A stretch of 64,000 nt of DNA from an uncultured Dehalococcoidales bacterium (GCA_964547375.1 CAZJMW010000001.1:2319-66318), one strand, 5' to 3'. Shown: positions 18,508 through 28,188, counted from the stretch's first letter. The notes: generated by a model not told the origin, from the letters alone. A program made the numbers and translations.

Positions 18508-20675
18508 TAACTGCTTCCCGCTTCCGCCTGTACCCGTGAAAGGGCGTCGGTCTTCATCGAAAGGGAAATGCGCCTGCGCTGCGTATCCACCGACATCACG
18601 GTTACGCTTACTTTTTGATTAACGCTGACGATATCGGCAGGGTTATTTACAAACTTATCGGACAGTTCGCTGATATGAACCAGCCCGTCCTGGTGCACGC
18701 CGATATCGACAAATGCTCCGAAGTTGGTGACGTTGGTAACGATACCGGCCATAATCATACCGGGGGCCAGTTGCTCTATCGATTTGATGCCTGCCGCAAA
18801 TGCGGTTGCCTCGAACTGCTTGCGCGGGTCGCGTCCCGGCTTGGCAAGCTCGGCAAGGATATCCTGTAGAGTCGGCAGACCGTAATCCTCTTCGATATAG
18901 TTATCGAGCCTGATTTGAAGCCTGAGGTCGTCACGGCGCATCAGGTCGGTTATACTGCAAGACATGTCTTTGGCCATTCTATCGACGATATGGTAGCTCT
19001 CAGGATGCACTGCGCTGGCATCGAGAGGGTTCTTGGCGTCATCGATGCGCAGGAATCCCGCCGCCAGCTCGAAGGCCTTCGGGCCTAACCTCGGCACTTT
19101 CTTTAGTTCGGCGCGGCTGCGGAAAGGGCCGTTCTCATTTCTGTAGGCGATAACATTTTTAGCCAGCGTCGGTCCCAGACCGGATACATAAGTGAGCAGT
19201 TGTTGGCTGGCGGTGTTTACCTTTACACCGACCTCGTTGACGCAGCTCATGACGGTTTCATCGAGGTTATTCTTAAGCTTCCCCTGGTCGACATCATGCT
19301 GGTATTGCCCGACACCGATGGACTTGGGGTCTATTTTAACCAGTTCCGCCAGCGGGTCTAACAACCTGCGTCCGATGGATACCGCGCCGCGCACGGTAAT
19401 ATCGTGGTTGGGGAATTCTTCACGCGCAACAGCGGAGGCCGAATAAATCGATGCCCCGCTTTCGTTTACCATGATAACCGGGATTTCACCCGGCAGATTT
19501 AAACTCCTGATAAACTCCTCGGTTTCCCTGCCGGCAGTGCCGTTCCCGATGGCAATAGCCTTGATATCGTATTTTTTAGATAAATCGATAATTGTCTTTT
19601 CGGCTTCTTTAGCCTTTGCCGCCGATTGCTCGATAAAGATAACGGTATGGTCGAGTAGCTTGCCCTGCGGGTCGAGGCAGACTACCTTGCAGCCGGTACG
19701 GTAACCGGGGTCGATGGCAAGGATGGCGCGCGGCCCCAACGGCGGGGCCATCAGCGTATCACGCAGGTTGCGGACAAAGACACGCAGCGCCTCGTCGTCG
19801 GCACGCTCTTTAGCCTGCTGGCGGATATCGGTTTCAATCGACGGCGCAAGCAACCTGGTATAGCTATCTTCCGCAGCTAAGATTACCTGTGCGGATGTTT
19901 CACCCGTTCCTTTGACAAAGTTACGGTGTAATATGGATAACGCTTTGTCCTGAGGCGGCCTGATTTTGAGTTTCAACAAGCCCTCGTTCTCACCGCGAAA
20001 CATGGCAAGCAGGCGATGGCTGGGTACACGGTTAACCGGTTCCTGCCAGTCGAAGTAATCCCGGTACTTGATAGCTTCGTTGTCTTTATCCTTCACCACG
20101 GCGGATTGGATAACGCCTTCCATGTAGAACAGGCGGCGAATACCTTGACGTGTCGTGGCGTCTTCATTTATCCACTCGGCAATGATATCGCGCGCACCTG
20201 ATAAAGCGTCATCGACTGAGGCGACGCCTTTTTCGTCGTTAATATATGCCAGGGCTTCATGGGCCGGGTCTAAAATCTCCTGAGCCAGTATCAAAACGGC
20301 AAGGGGTTCCAATCCCTTTTCTTTAGCCATAGTGGCACGGGTGCGCCGCTTGGGGCGGTAGGGCAGGTAAATATCCTCAAGCGTGTTCATTGTTTCAGCC
20401 GCTTCGACTGAAGCGCGGAGTTCATCGGTAAGCACATTCTGTTCCGTAAGTGATTCCAGGATTACCTTGCGCCTGTCATCAAGGGCTTCCAGGCGCGCCA
20501 GTTCGTCACGTATTTGGCCGATAACAACTTCATCGAGCGAGCCGGTTTTTTCCTTGCGGTAGCGCGCGATGAACGGTATGGTGGCTCCTTCGGAAAGCAG
20601 GGATTGTACTGATTCTACCTGTTTAGTCGAAACCTTTGCTTTTTGGGCTATGGTTTGAATATGTTTTTCATTCAT
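18507..20675 (-). CDS. tex: Tex-like transcription accessory protein (YqgF/HHH/S1 domains)
   Basis: N-terminal IPFIARYRKE motif and C-terminal S1 domain (GAFVDIGVHQDGLVHISEL). I prefer ATG 20675 (MNEKHIQTIA). Confidence 0.9.
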   Translation of the reverse strand: MNEKHIQTIAQKAKVSTKQVESVQSLLSEGATIPFIARYRKEKTGSLDEVVIGQIRDELARLEALDDRRKVILESLTEQNVLTDELRASVEAAETMNTLEDIYLPYRPKRRTRATMAKEKGLEPLAVLILAQEILDPAHEALAYINDEKGVASVDDALSGARDIIAEWINEDATTRQGIRRLFYMEGVIQSAVVKDKDNEAIKYRDYFDWQEPVNRVPSHRLLAMFRGENEGLLKLKIRPPQDKALSILHRNFVKGTGETSAQVILAAEDSYTRLLAPSIETDIRQQAKERADDEALRVFVRNLRDTLMAPPLGPRAILAIDPGYRTGCKVVCLDPQGKLLDHTVIFIEQSAAKAKEAEKTIIDLSKKYDIKAIAIGNGTAGRETEEFIRSLNLPGEIPVIMVNESGASIYSASAVAREEFPNHDITVRGAVSIGRRLLDPLAELVKIDPKSIGVGQYQHDVDQGKLKNNLDETVMSCVNEVGVKVNTASQQLLTYVSGLGPTLAKNVIAYRNENGPFRSRAELKKVPRLGPKAFELAAGFLRIDDAKNPLDASAVHPESYHIVDRMAKDMSCSITDLMRRDDLRLQIRLDNYIEEDYGLPTLQDILAELAKPGRDPRKQFEATAFAAGIKSIEQLAPGMIMAGIVTNVTNFGAFVDIGVHQDGLVHISELSDKFVNNPADIVSVNQKVSVTVMSVDTQRRRISLSMKTDALSRVQAEAGSS

Positions 20676-20806
20676 TATAGTTTTACTCCGGTTTGGGGAT
20701 AATCTAATTGTACTACACATGATGATATTTTGCTTATCAGAACTCCGGGGGTTGATATCTTAACTACCTTCTATTTTGTCTACGGATCGATATCGCATAA
20801 ATTCTG

Positions 20807-20835
20807 TTGACAGTATCACTCTAATGGCGTAACAT
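20807..20835 (+). promoter_or_regulatory. Candidate sigma70-type promoter (TTGACA-17-TAACAT)
   Basis: TTGACA at 20807-20812, a 17-nt spacer, TAACAT at 20830-20835. Lies about 50 nt upstream of the 19-codon ORF. Confidence 0.4.
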
Positions 20836-20885
20836 CGTGGGGAATGCGCTATAGCTTTTGCGTAGTTATTTAAGGAGAAAAACTA

Positions 20886-20945
20886 ATGGGAAGCAAAGGA
20901 AGAAAAAACGTAAAGAAACCCAAGAAGGCGGAAGAAAAGAAGTAA
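20886..20945 (+). CDS. Tiny lysine-rich ORF (19 aa) MGSKGRKNVKKPKKAEEKK
   Basis: Strong SD AAGGAG 7 nt before the ATG. Candidate promoter upstream and a T-run (GGTGGTTTTTTTT, ~21013-21025) downstream. Confidence 0.4.
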   Translation: MGSKGRKNVKKPKKAEEKK

Positions 20946-21173
20946 AAGACACAGGTTTGACCTTCTGATACTATTTAAATCGGAGTACTAAAATTGCGCT
21001 CCTGTTTGGCAGGTGGTTTTTTTTCGGCCATTTTTAACTATTTAATCCCCAAAAACCCGCATGCAATCATATATTATAGGTAACGGATGATTATACGACC
21101 ATAAAACGGTTTGTGTCTCTTCCATTACGGATAAATCGACAGGCTAGATTCTTCCTATAATACAAAAACAAGA

Positions 21174-21482
21174 CTATTTTACCGAAATCCCTATCATTAT
21201 TGTCTCGGAATCGACGTTGTTCCAAATCGAATGGGGAACATTGCCTTTTACCCGGCAGGATTCATATTCGTTAAGTATTATGGTTTCATTACCGTAAAGT
21301 ATCTTTGCCTGGCCTTTGGTAACGATGAAGATATGGTCGTGGTCATGAGTGTGGTTATCTTCCGGGCCACCTCCGGCGGGGCCGATAATGGCAACCAGGC
21401 AATCGTTGATATTACCACCTTCTGAAAAAAGCCTCTTTGCCTTAAAGTTGACATGATAGGGAAAGGATAAATATTCCTCCAT
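21174..21482 (-). CDS. Cupin-domain protein
   Basis: 102 aa. His-rich motif HTHDHDHIFIV and a second motif with G..PHS. Confidence 0.7.
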   Translation of the reverse strand: MEEYLSFPYHVNFKAKRLFSEGGNINDCLVAIIGPAGGGPEDNHTHDHDHIFIVTKGQAKILYGNETIILNEYESCRVKGNVPHSIWNNVDSETIMIGISVK

Positions 21483-21522
21483 AAGAAAACTCCTTCATCC
21501 GATAATTCAGCCGCCACAGGTC

Positions 21523-21551
21523 TTTAAAAACTTTGACACAGGCAGTATAAT
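21523..21551 (+). promoter_or_regulatory. Candidate promoter (TTTAAA-17-TATAAT)
   Basis: Perfect TATAAT at 21546-21551. TTTAAA at 21523-21528. Confidence 0.4.
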
Positions 21552-21605
21552 ACTCTAAACTCAAACACAAAAAATATACTACTATCAAGGGGGCATAAAG
21601 TAAAG

Positions 21606-22541
21606 ATGGAAAACACCGAAAATAGCGCTGAGCAAACTAAAAAAGATGCCGGCCAGGCTGTCCCGGAAGAAAATAAGATTGCCATACAGGGCCATACTAT
21701 TTTCAGGGAGGGTGACGATAGCAGTGGTTACAGTATTGTCATTGAGCTGAATATTAAGAATGTAATGAATAAAACGGTAGGCAGTGTCGTATTTGAAGCA
21801 TCATTTTCGGATAAAGACGGCAATGTTAACGATATCGTGGAACAGAAAGTATCCGGATTGGGGCCTGAGGCCAGCCGGACCATACGCCTGGTTCATAAAG
21901 AAGACCCGGCCAAACCGGTCGAGAACTATAACGTCAAGGTAAGGGATATAGTGATGGTTCCCGAATCTGTTGCCTGCGGCAACGATATGGTTGCTATAAA
22001 AAAGCATAATTTTAAATATCTCGAAAATGTAATTCTTGAAGGGGTCGAGTGCGGTATACAGAATATTTCCGATAAAACAATTGCTACGCTGATAATAGAA
22101 TGCACTTTCTTTGACGGCGATGGGAATGTTCTAAATGTAACAAAACACAAGGAAACCAACCTGCTGCCCGGCAACATACGCGGTATTATAATTACGCCGC
22201 CTATTACAGTGGAAGGTTTCAGAATAAACACTTACAATGTAAGGATTTTTCGCGTCGTAACTGCCGATGTTGAAAAAGTACAAGTTATAAAAAATGAAAT
22301 TAGAACGAATGGCAATGAAAAAGAGGTTTCTTTAATTTGTAAGAATATCAGTTCGGAAAAAACCGATGCCGCTATCATCGTCAAATTCTTCAATGATAGC
22401 AAGGATGATATCGGAACCAAGGTCATACCGGTAAAGGATTTGGAACCGGGTACGACCCGCCAGTTGAAATTAAATTTTAAGCCTGCTGCCGGTGATAATG
22501 TCAGCCGTCATGAAATTACCGTCGGCGACTTGGTCGACTAA
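21606..22541 (+). CDS. Protein with three tandem ~95-aa beta-rich repeats (FxLYD-like), no signal peptide
   Basis: Internal repeats are marked by ASFSDKDGNV, CTFFDGDGNV and VKFFNDSKDDIG. Each is followed by L.PG..R and a short beta segment. Confidence 0.6.
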   Translation: MENTENSAEQTKKDAGQAVPEENKIAIQGHTIFREGDDSSGYSIVIELNIKNVMNKTVGSVVFEASFSDKDGNVNDIVEQKVSGLGPEASRTIRLVHKEDPAKPVENYNVKVRDIVMVPESVACGNDMVAIKKHNFKYLENVILEGVECGIQNISDKTIATLIIECTFFDGDGNVLNVTKHKETNLLPGNIRGIIITPPITVEGFRINTYNVRIFRVVTADVEKVQVIKNEIRTNGNEKEVSLICKNISSEKTDAAIIVKFFNDSKDDIGTKVIPVKDLEPGTTRQLKLNFKPAAGDNVSRHEITVGDLVD

Positions 22542-22615
22542 AGTATGGAATCGACTATTTCTATACAATTATTCTGATTAACCGGTGTGTTGTTATAGCA
22601 ATAGGAATCAATCGG

Positions 22616-22660
22616 AATCCCCGAATAGTACTTTAGGACTATTCGGGGATTTGTTTTATT
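22616..22660 (+). terminator. Rho-independent terminator
   Basis: Perfect 14-bp stem AATCCCCGAATAGT (22616-22629) / ACTATTCGGGGATT (22638-22651), 8-nt loop, then TGTTTTATT. Confidence 0.85.
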
Positions 22661-22707
22661 TATCCTTCAATGACATGCATGCAGTTATTTATATTTAAAG
22701 AAATTTA

Positions 22708-22736
22708 TTGACAAATACAGTCCAACATAATACTAT
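22708..22736 (+). promoter_or_regulatory. Candidate promoter (TTGACA-17-TACTAT)
   Basis: The TTG used as ORF start in the track is the first three bases of a consensus -35 hexamer. Confidence 0.45.
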
Positions 22737-22857
22737 TACTTTCGTACTGGTTCCTCGTCTTTACCGGCTAAGAAATATCCTTCACGGCGTTATTGCAAAG
22801 AATAAGAAGAAATATACAATGCACTTCGATAATTCGGTATATAAGGGTGGTAATATT

Positions 22858-23430
22858 ATGGATATGTTTAATGCTAAGACGCTTGAACAGGCTGACATCT
22901 CCAATAAAAAGCGGGTTAAGATACAGGTATTTACCCGGGACGCTACTTTCAACGGATATATGTGTTGTTCCGGCAGTATGCGATTATTGGATGTACTTAA
23001 CGGCGGAGTAGTGTCTTTTTGCTCGGATTCGAGGTTTGTCTGTATATCAAGGTGTGAAAATGATACTGACGATATCAATGAGCTGCAGAAGAATGCGGCT
23101 CAAATAAACAAAAGCAAGATTCTCTTTCTCCGGGAAACCCAGATGGGCAACGAAACGGAAAAACTTATTAAGAAGAATCGTAATGCATATCCGTACGTTG
23201 AAAAAACGACTACTTTATGCCGGGTAAAAATGATGTCGTATACTTTGGAAGGCTATGTGCATCACCTGAAAGGGCAAGGTATTAACGATATACTTAACTG
23301 CGGCAGTCATTTTCTGCCGATGACGGATGTTAAAATCAATTCGGAACAAGAAGGCGTTATGGACGAAGCCGGATTTGTTGCCGTAAATAAAGGCCAGATT
23401 TCATACCTGGAGAATGTGTTTATTAATTAG
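22858..23430 (+). CDS. Hypothetical protein with two copies of a ~70-aa module
   Basis: I prefer ATG 22858 (MDMFNAK), preceded by GGGTGG. Module 1 reads ...VKIQVFTRDATFNGYM...RLLDVLNGG. Module 2 reads ...CRVKMMSYTLEGYVHH...INDILNCGSHFLPMTDV. Confidence 0.5.
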   Translation: MDMFNAKTLEQADISNKKRVKIQVFTRDATFNGYMCCSGSMRLLDVLNGGVVSFCSDSRFVCISRCENDTDDINELQKNAAQINKSKILFLRETQMGNETEKLIKKNRNAYPYVEKTTTLCRVKMMSYTLEGYVHHLKGQGINDILNCGSHFLPMTDVKINSEQEGVMDEAGFVAVNKGQISYLENVFIN

Positions 23431-24768
23431 CTAAAGATTTGCGGTTCCGGCAAGGTCGTATATCATGGCCTTATCTATATGAACGGAAACCATTTCGCCA
23501 GCAGGCAACTCTCCATTTACCAGTACCAGCCCGTCCACCTTCGGCGCATCGCGGTAACTGCGCCCGATAGATATATCCTTCCCTGTCCCTTCTATCAAGA
23601 CCTCCAGTTTTTGCCCGATAAATGTACGGTTGCATTCGAGCGATATCTGCTGTTGTTTCTCCATCAGTCTCATCAGCCGTTCCTGTTTAACTTCATCGGG
23701 AATCGGGTCTCCAAGGGGTTCCGCCGGTGTTCCTTCTTCAAATGAGTACTTGAATGCGCCCAATTTATCGAATTTTATTTCGTCGATAAAATCGAGCAGG
23801 GTTTGGAATTCCGCCTCACTTTCTCCGGGATAGCCGACAATAAAGGTGGTACGCAAGGCCAACCCGGGAATGTATTTGCGCATTTTTTCAATAGTCCTGT
23901 AAACCCATTCGATATTGGCAGGGCGGTGCATGCTTTTTAGTATATCGGGATGGGCGTGCTGCAAAGGCAGGTCCAGGTAGGGAACGATTTGCTTGCTGTT
24001 TGCCATAATTTCGATTAACTCATCGGTAACATAACCGGGATAAGCATAAAGTATACGTATCCAGTTAACATCCGGAATCTCGGCAGTCATTTGCTTCAGC
24101 AGGGTGGCCAGTCCGTTTTTCATTTCGAGATCATAACCATAATCGGTGGTGTTCTGGGCTATCAGCACGATTTCCCGTGTGCCTTCTTCCTGCAACAGTC
24201 GCGCTTCAGCCAGAATCTTATCCATCGGACGGCTGACCAGCGGCCCTTTAATATGAGGGATTATGCAATAAGCGCAGGAACAGCGGCAGCCGTCGGCAAT
24301 TTTCAGATAGGCGCTGGCGCCTTGAACGGAAACACGGGCTATTCCACCTTCATCGGTTCCAATGCTGGTGGCAGATAGAGGCAAATGGCAATATGGCCTT
24401 TTCTGATTAGCGCTTAATATCCTGTCTATAACATCGATGATATCCATCCAGCGGCGGGTGCCGATTATGCCGTCGATTTGGGGTATGCGCCTGGCTACCT
24501 CAATGCCGTAACGTTGTGTCAGGCAACCGGCTGCAATCAGAATTTGCCCGCTTTTCTTTTTGGCCGCCAGCTTTTCAAGTGCATTATAGGATTCCTCTTT
24601 CGAGGAACCGATAAAGCCGCAGGTGTTTACAATAATGACCTTTGTTTTTCGCAACTCGGAAACAGGTTCGTAACCCGAATTTATTAAAAGTTGTGACATC
24701 GAATCCGAATCAACAGTGTTCTTATCGCAACCCAGCGAAACCATGTGAAAGCTTTTGTTTATATTCAT
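23431..24768 (-). CDS. rimO: Ribosomal protein S12 methylthiotransferase RimO
   Basis: N-terminal SLGCDKNTVDS, radical SAM cysteine motif CRCSCAYC, C-terminal TRAM domain. Confidence 0.85.
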   Translation of the reverse strand: MNINKSFHMVSLGCDKNTVDSDSMSQLLINSGYEPVSELRKTKVIIVNTCGFIGSSKEESYNALEKLAAKKKSGQILIAAGCLTQRYGIEVARRIPQIDGIIGTRRWMDIIDVIDRILSANQKRPYCHLPLSATSIGTDEGGIARVSVQGASAYLKIADGCRCSCAYCIIPHIKGPLVSRPMDKILAEARLLQEEGTREIVLIAQNTTDYGYDLEMKNGLATLLKQMTAEIPDVNWIRILYAYPGYVTDELIEIMANSKQIVPYLDLPLQHAHPDILKSMHRPANIEWVYRTIEKMRKYIPGLALRTTFIVGYPGESEAEFQTLLDFIDEIKFDKLGAFKYSFEEGTPAEPLGDPIPDEVKQERLMRLMEKQQQISLECNRTFIGQKLEVLIEGTGKDISIGRSYRDAPKVDGLVLVNGELPAGEMVSVHIDKAMIYDLAGTANL

Positions 24769-24927
24769 GTCAATATTATAGAGAAATACCAGTATTAAGG
24801 GAATTTTGTGCAGCCATCATATCAAACACGGCACTTGGCAAATTCTACATTATAGAGTAGAATAATGTTTTGTAAAAAAATATTGTAGCAAAAATTCGGA
24901 AATATTATTTGCAGGAGCAATTGTTAT

Positions 24928-25110
24928 ATGCGTACGAACAAAGCAAAATTCTGCCCCAAGTGCGGCAGTAAAAGTCTCTATTTGGAAAACGATGAAGGTA
25001 TTATTTCTGAGCATTGTTTTCTATGCGGTTATGAAGTATTAACGCAGAAAATACCGGACATTATTGAGCTGGAGAATTCGGCAGAACTTGTTGAACAACA
25101 TGCCGTTTAA
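24928..25110 (+). CDS. Small zinc-ribbon protein (60 aa), hypothetical
   Basis: CPKCG...CFLCG. AGGAG lies 10 nt before the ATG. Confidence 0.5.
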   Translation: MRTNKAKFCPKCGSKSLYLENDEGIISEHCFLCGYEVLTQKIPDIIELENSAELVEQHAV

Positions 25111-25230
25111 GGGTGTCGAGCAAAGGCTGACTCAGTATAAATAGATAACGCTGAATAAGTAAAATAGGTATCATGCTTGATATATAAGTGAATACACTTA
25201 TTCGATAGCTTGATATTGCCATAAGTGTTT

Positions 25231-26070
25231 CTATTTATTTTCATCCGTTATTTTACTGTAAAACTCGGGTCTCCTGTCGGCAAAAAAGTTGATTTCAAAT
25301 TCACCGGCTTTAAAGATAACCTGTTTTTGGCGCGCTTCCGATATGCTGATATCCCCGTATACTATTTGTTCGCCATCGTCCGAGGTAGCGGCAATTATGT
25401 TCCCCTGCGTATCGATGATTCTGCTTAAACCGATGAAATGTGTATTGCGTTCAATTCCGATGCGGTTTGCGGCTACAAAATAGACCTTATTTTCATAGGC
25501 GCGGCATGGAACAACATGTTCGGCTATTTTCTGTCTTCCGTCAGGCCAGTTAGTGGGCAGCACCAAAATATCGGCACCCATCAAAGCCATCACGCGTGCG
25601 CATTCCGGGAAATTGCAGTCGTAACAGATATGCATACCGATATTTCCGATGTGGGTATTATATACTTTAAACGGTTGGTCTCCTTTATCTATATACCGGT
25701 CGATGCCTAAATACGGCAGATGAATCTTGCGGTACTTACCGATAATCCCTTCCGGTCCGATTAGCAACGATGTATTAAAATGCTTGTCGCCTTCTTTTTC
25801 CAGCAGACCGGCAACAATATGTACATTAAGTTTTTTCGCCTGTTTTGTAATCTCATCAGTAAAAGGCCCCGGTACTGTCTCCATGTAAGGAAGGGCTTCG
25901 TCGAGGCTGGTAAACAAATATCCTGAAAGGACGCATTCGGGGAATACGATAAGTCGTGCCCCTTCTTCTGCTGCGATTTGAATATTCTCTATAATAACAT
26001 CGAGGTTATACCCGGGTTGCATTAGTTTAGGTTCCATTTGAACTGCGGCAACCTTTATTACATCAGACAT
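25231..26070 (-). CDS. Carbon-nitrogen hydrolase (nitrilase superfamily)
   Basis: Glu-Lys-Cys triad context: FPECVLSGY, YRKIHLP, ICYDCNFPE. Confidence 0.85.
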   Translation of the reverse strand: MSDVIKVAAVQMEPKLMQPGYNLDVIIENIQIAAEEGARLIVFPECVLSGYLFTSLDEALPYMETVPGPFTDEITKQAKKLNVHIVAGLLEKEGDKHFNTSLLIGPEGIIGKYRKIHLPYLGIDRYIDKGDQPFKVYNTHIGNIGMHICYDCNFPECARVMALMGADILVLPTNWPDGRQKIAEHVVPCRAYENKVYFVAANRIGIERNTHFIGLSRIIDTQGNIIAATSDDGEQIVYGDISISEARQKQVIFKAGEFEINFFADRRPEFYSKITDENK

Positions 26071-26194
26071 GACTTTACCTCACGAGTAATTTATAAAATG
26101 ATTATAACCGCGAGACGGTATTATGGCAATGTATACATAGTACTTGAATAATCGGTTCTTATATAACATAATAAGCTATATAATCTATTTGGAT

Positions 26195-27073
26195 ATGATT
26201 ATGGATATAGTTTTATGGATTGTTTTGGGACTGATATTCATATATTTGCTAACCTCTTTTCTCATAGCGAACGGTATAGCTATGAGCTTAAGAAGGCCAT
26301 TAACGATGACTCCTGCCGATTTCGGTCTTTCGTATGAAGATATCAGCTTTTGCAGCCGTGTCGATAACCTTCTTTTAAAAGGCTGGTACATACCGTCCGG
26401 CAGCAATAAAACCATAATAGCCATGCCAGGTGGTAAACAGACCAGGGAAGACCGCTCGACGAAAATGCTGGAACTGTGCGTTGAACTGGCAAAAAAAGGC
26501 TATAACATACTGGTTTTTGAAAGAAGAGGGTGCGGGCAATCGCAGTCGGCAAGATTCAAGTATCGTTCTATATTAGGCAGGGATTTCAGCGGAGCGATAG
26601 ACTACATCAGGAACAGAAGCGGTAAAGCCGAGCATATTGTTCTGCTGGGAGTATCTATCGGCGCTTCCGCCGCCATAGCATCCGCCAGGGAAAACGATGA
26701 TATCGAAGCAGTAATCTGCGACAGTTGTTTTACCAGCATACCGGAAATGACGCAAAGGGTTCTGACTAACACATTTAAGCCTTTTGTTATTTTTAAACCG
26801 GGTTCGGTTTTAATGGGACGGCTCTTTTTCGGGCTTGATAGAGAAAGCGCTATCGATAAAGTGCCTTATATTAACTGCCCCATGTTCTTTATTAACGGTT
26901 CGGAGGATACATCGGTGCCGCCTTATGATGCTTACAGCCTGCTGAATGCGTCAAATAACCCGGCAGACTATATCTGGATAGCCGACGGGGCGGCTCACAG
27001 CCAATCATACATGACTTACCCCGAAGAATACGTGGAAAAGATAGATAAATTTATATCCGCCAGAGTAAAGTAA
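26195..27073 (+). CDS. Alpha/beta hydrolase with N-terminal membrane anchor
   Basis: Nucleophile elbow GVSIGAS and an N-terminal TM helix. The start is uncertain (track TTG 26144; ATG 26195 begins the TM segment). Confidence 0.7.
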   Translation: MIMDIVLWIVLGLIFIYLLTSFLIANGIAMSLRRPLTMTPADFGLSYEDISFCSRVDNLLLKGWYIPSGSNKTIIAMPGGKQTREDRSTKMLELCVELAKKGYNILVFERRGCGQSQSARFKYRSILGRDFSGAIDYIRNRSGKAEHIVLLGVSIGASAAIASARENDDIEAVICDSCFTSIPEMTQRVLTNTFKPFVIFKPGSVLMGRLFFGLDRESAIDKVPYINCPMFFINGSEDTSVPPYDAYSLLNASNNPADYIWIADGAAHSQSYMTYPEEYVEKIDKFISARVK

Positions 27074-27121
27074 CCGATTTATCGCTAACGGTGGTTAAAC
27101 GGATTTTTTTTCAACTTTTAA

Positions 27122-27328
27122 CTAGAGCATCGACTGCCGTATTTTCATAACCACAACCGATAATGTCAGGCTGCATATGGCCACGAAAAAGTCGAGGTAT
27201 GTTTCAATAGAAGCCGTGTCCGGGCCGGTCGAAAAAGCCATTACCAGGCTGACAACTAACCTGATTATACCGAAAATAAACAGTACCCATATTACCGTGG
27301 TCGCTAAGCCTTTGAACAAGTTCGACAT
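27122..27328 (-). CDS. Small two-TM membrane protein, hypothetical
   Basis: AAGGAGG SD 6 nt before the ATG. 68 aa with two hydrophobic helices. Confidence 0.6.
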   Translation of the reverse strand: MSNLFKGLATTVIWVLFIFGIIRLVVSLVMAFSTGPDTASIETYLDFFVAICSLTLSVVVMKIRQSML

Positions 27329-27372
27329 AGATAAGCCTCCTTAGTTACAAAGATTAACAAGGGATAACCGGT

Positions 27373-28098
27373 CTAAATGTCCGCCAGTTCATCCCATAAT
27401 ACATCGTCGAATTCAAAGACAGGCCCGTCGTGGCAAACCTGTTTCAATCCGTTTTTCGTCTTAATCGTACACCCGTAACAAACACCCATACCGCAAGCCA
27501 TGCGCACTTCCAGCGATACCTGGCAGGGTTTATGATTTAAGAGGTTGTTTTTATACATTGTGCGGTACATTGGAGCAGGCCCGCAGGCGAATACCTGGTC
27601 TGCTTTATTTAGATAATCCGGTAGTAAATCGGTGGTTCTACCTTTGATACCCGTTGAGCCGTCGTCGGTGGTTACAATGCATTCAATACCGGCTGGAATA
27701 AACTTTTCCGGGAATACCATGGCTGCCTTCTGCGCTCCCAGCAGTAATGTGACCTTTTTTCCCTGATTGCCAGCCGATTCCGCCAGAAACAGAAGAGGGG
27801 CTATACCCATTCCGCCGGCAACCAGCAGCAGGTTTTTGGTATCGTCCATAATCCCGTAACCGTTTCCCAGCGGCCCCAGGATGTCAATCGGGGCGCGCTC
27901 TTTCTGCTTTGAAAGCCATTGGGTGCCCTTGCCTAATTTGGCATATAAAACCGCTAATCTATTTCCATCGATGCGGTGGATGCTTATCGGCCTGCGCAGC
28001 AGTGTATCATCACCGCATTGCATCATAATGAATTGCCCCGCTTTTGCCTCACCGGTGATATCGGGCGCTTCCATCCACATCAGGAAAACACCGGGCAT
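27373..28098 (-). CDS. pyrK: Dihydroorotate dehydrogenase electron-transfer subunit PyrK (annotated from first ATG; true 5' end probably ~25-30 codons upstream)
   Basis: FAD/NAD-binding fold and the C-terminal 2Fe-2S motif CGMGVCYGCTIKTKNGLKQVCHDGP. The frame stays open upstream to the carB stop and encodes PyrK-like ...CKVVSNDEI, but without ATG, GTG or TTG. Confidence 0.85.
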   Translation of the reverse strand: MPGVFLMWMEAPDITGEAKAGQFIMMQCGDDTLLRRPISIHRIDGNRLAVLYAKLGKGTQWLSKQKERAPIDILGPLGNGYGIMDDTKNLLLVAGGMGIAPLLFLAESAGNQGKKVTLLLGAQKAAMVFPEKFIPAGIECIVTTDDGSTGIKGRTTDLLPDYLNKADQVFACGPAPMYRTMYKNNLLNHKPCQVSLEVRMACGMGVCYGCTIKTKNGLKQVCHDGPVFEFDDVLWDELADI

Positions 28099-28188
28099 TA
28101 TCTCGTCATTTGAAACAACTTTACATATCGAATGTCTGGCTTTACTTAGCGTCTTACTGTCTATTTCATTCTCCTGCGTTGCGACTAT

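Noticed and set aside
22708-22857. N-terminal 50 codons of the 240-aa ORF starting at TTG 22708
   Set aside because: The TTG is part of a consensus -35 hexamer (TTGACA-17-TACTAT), so the transcript probably starts downstream of it. ATG 22858 has a plausible SD.
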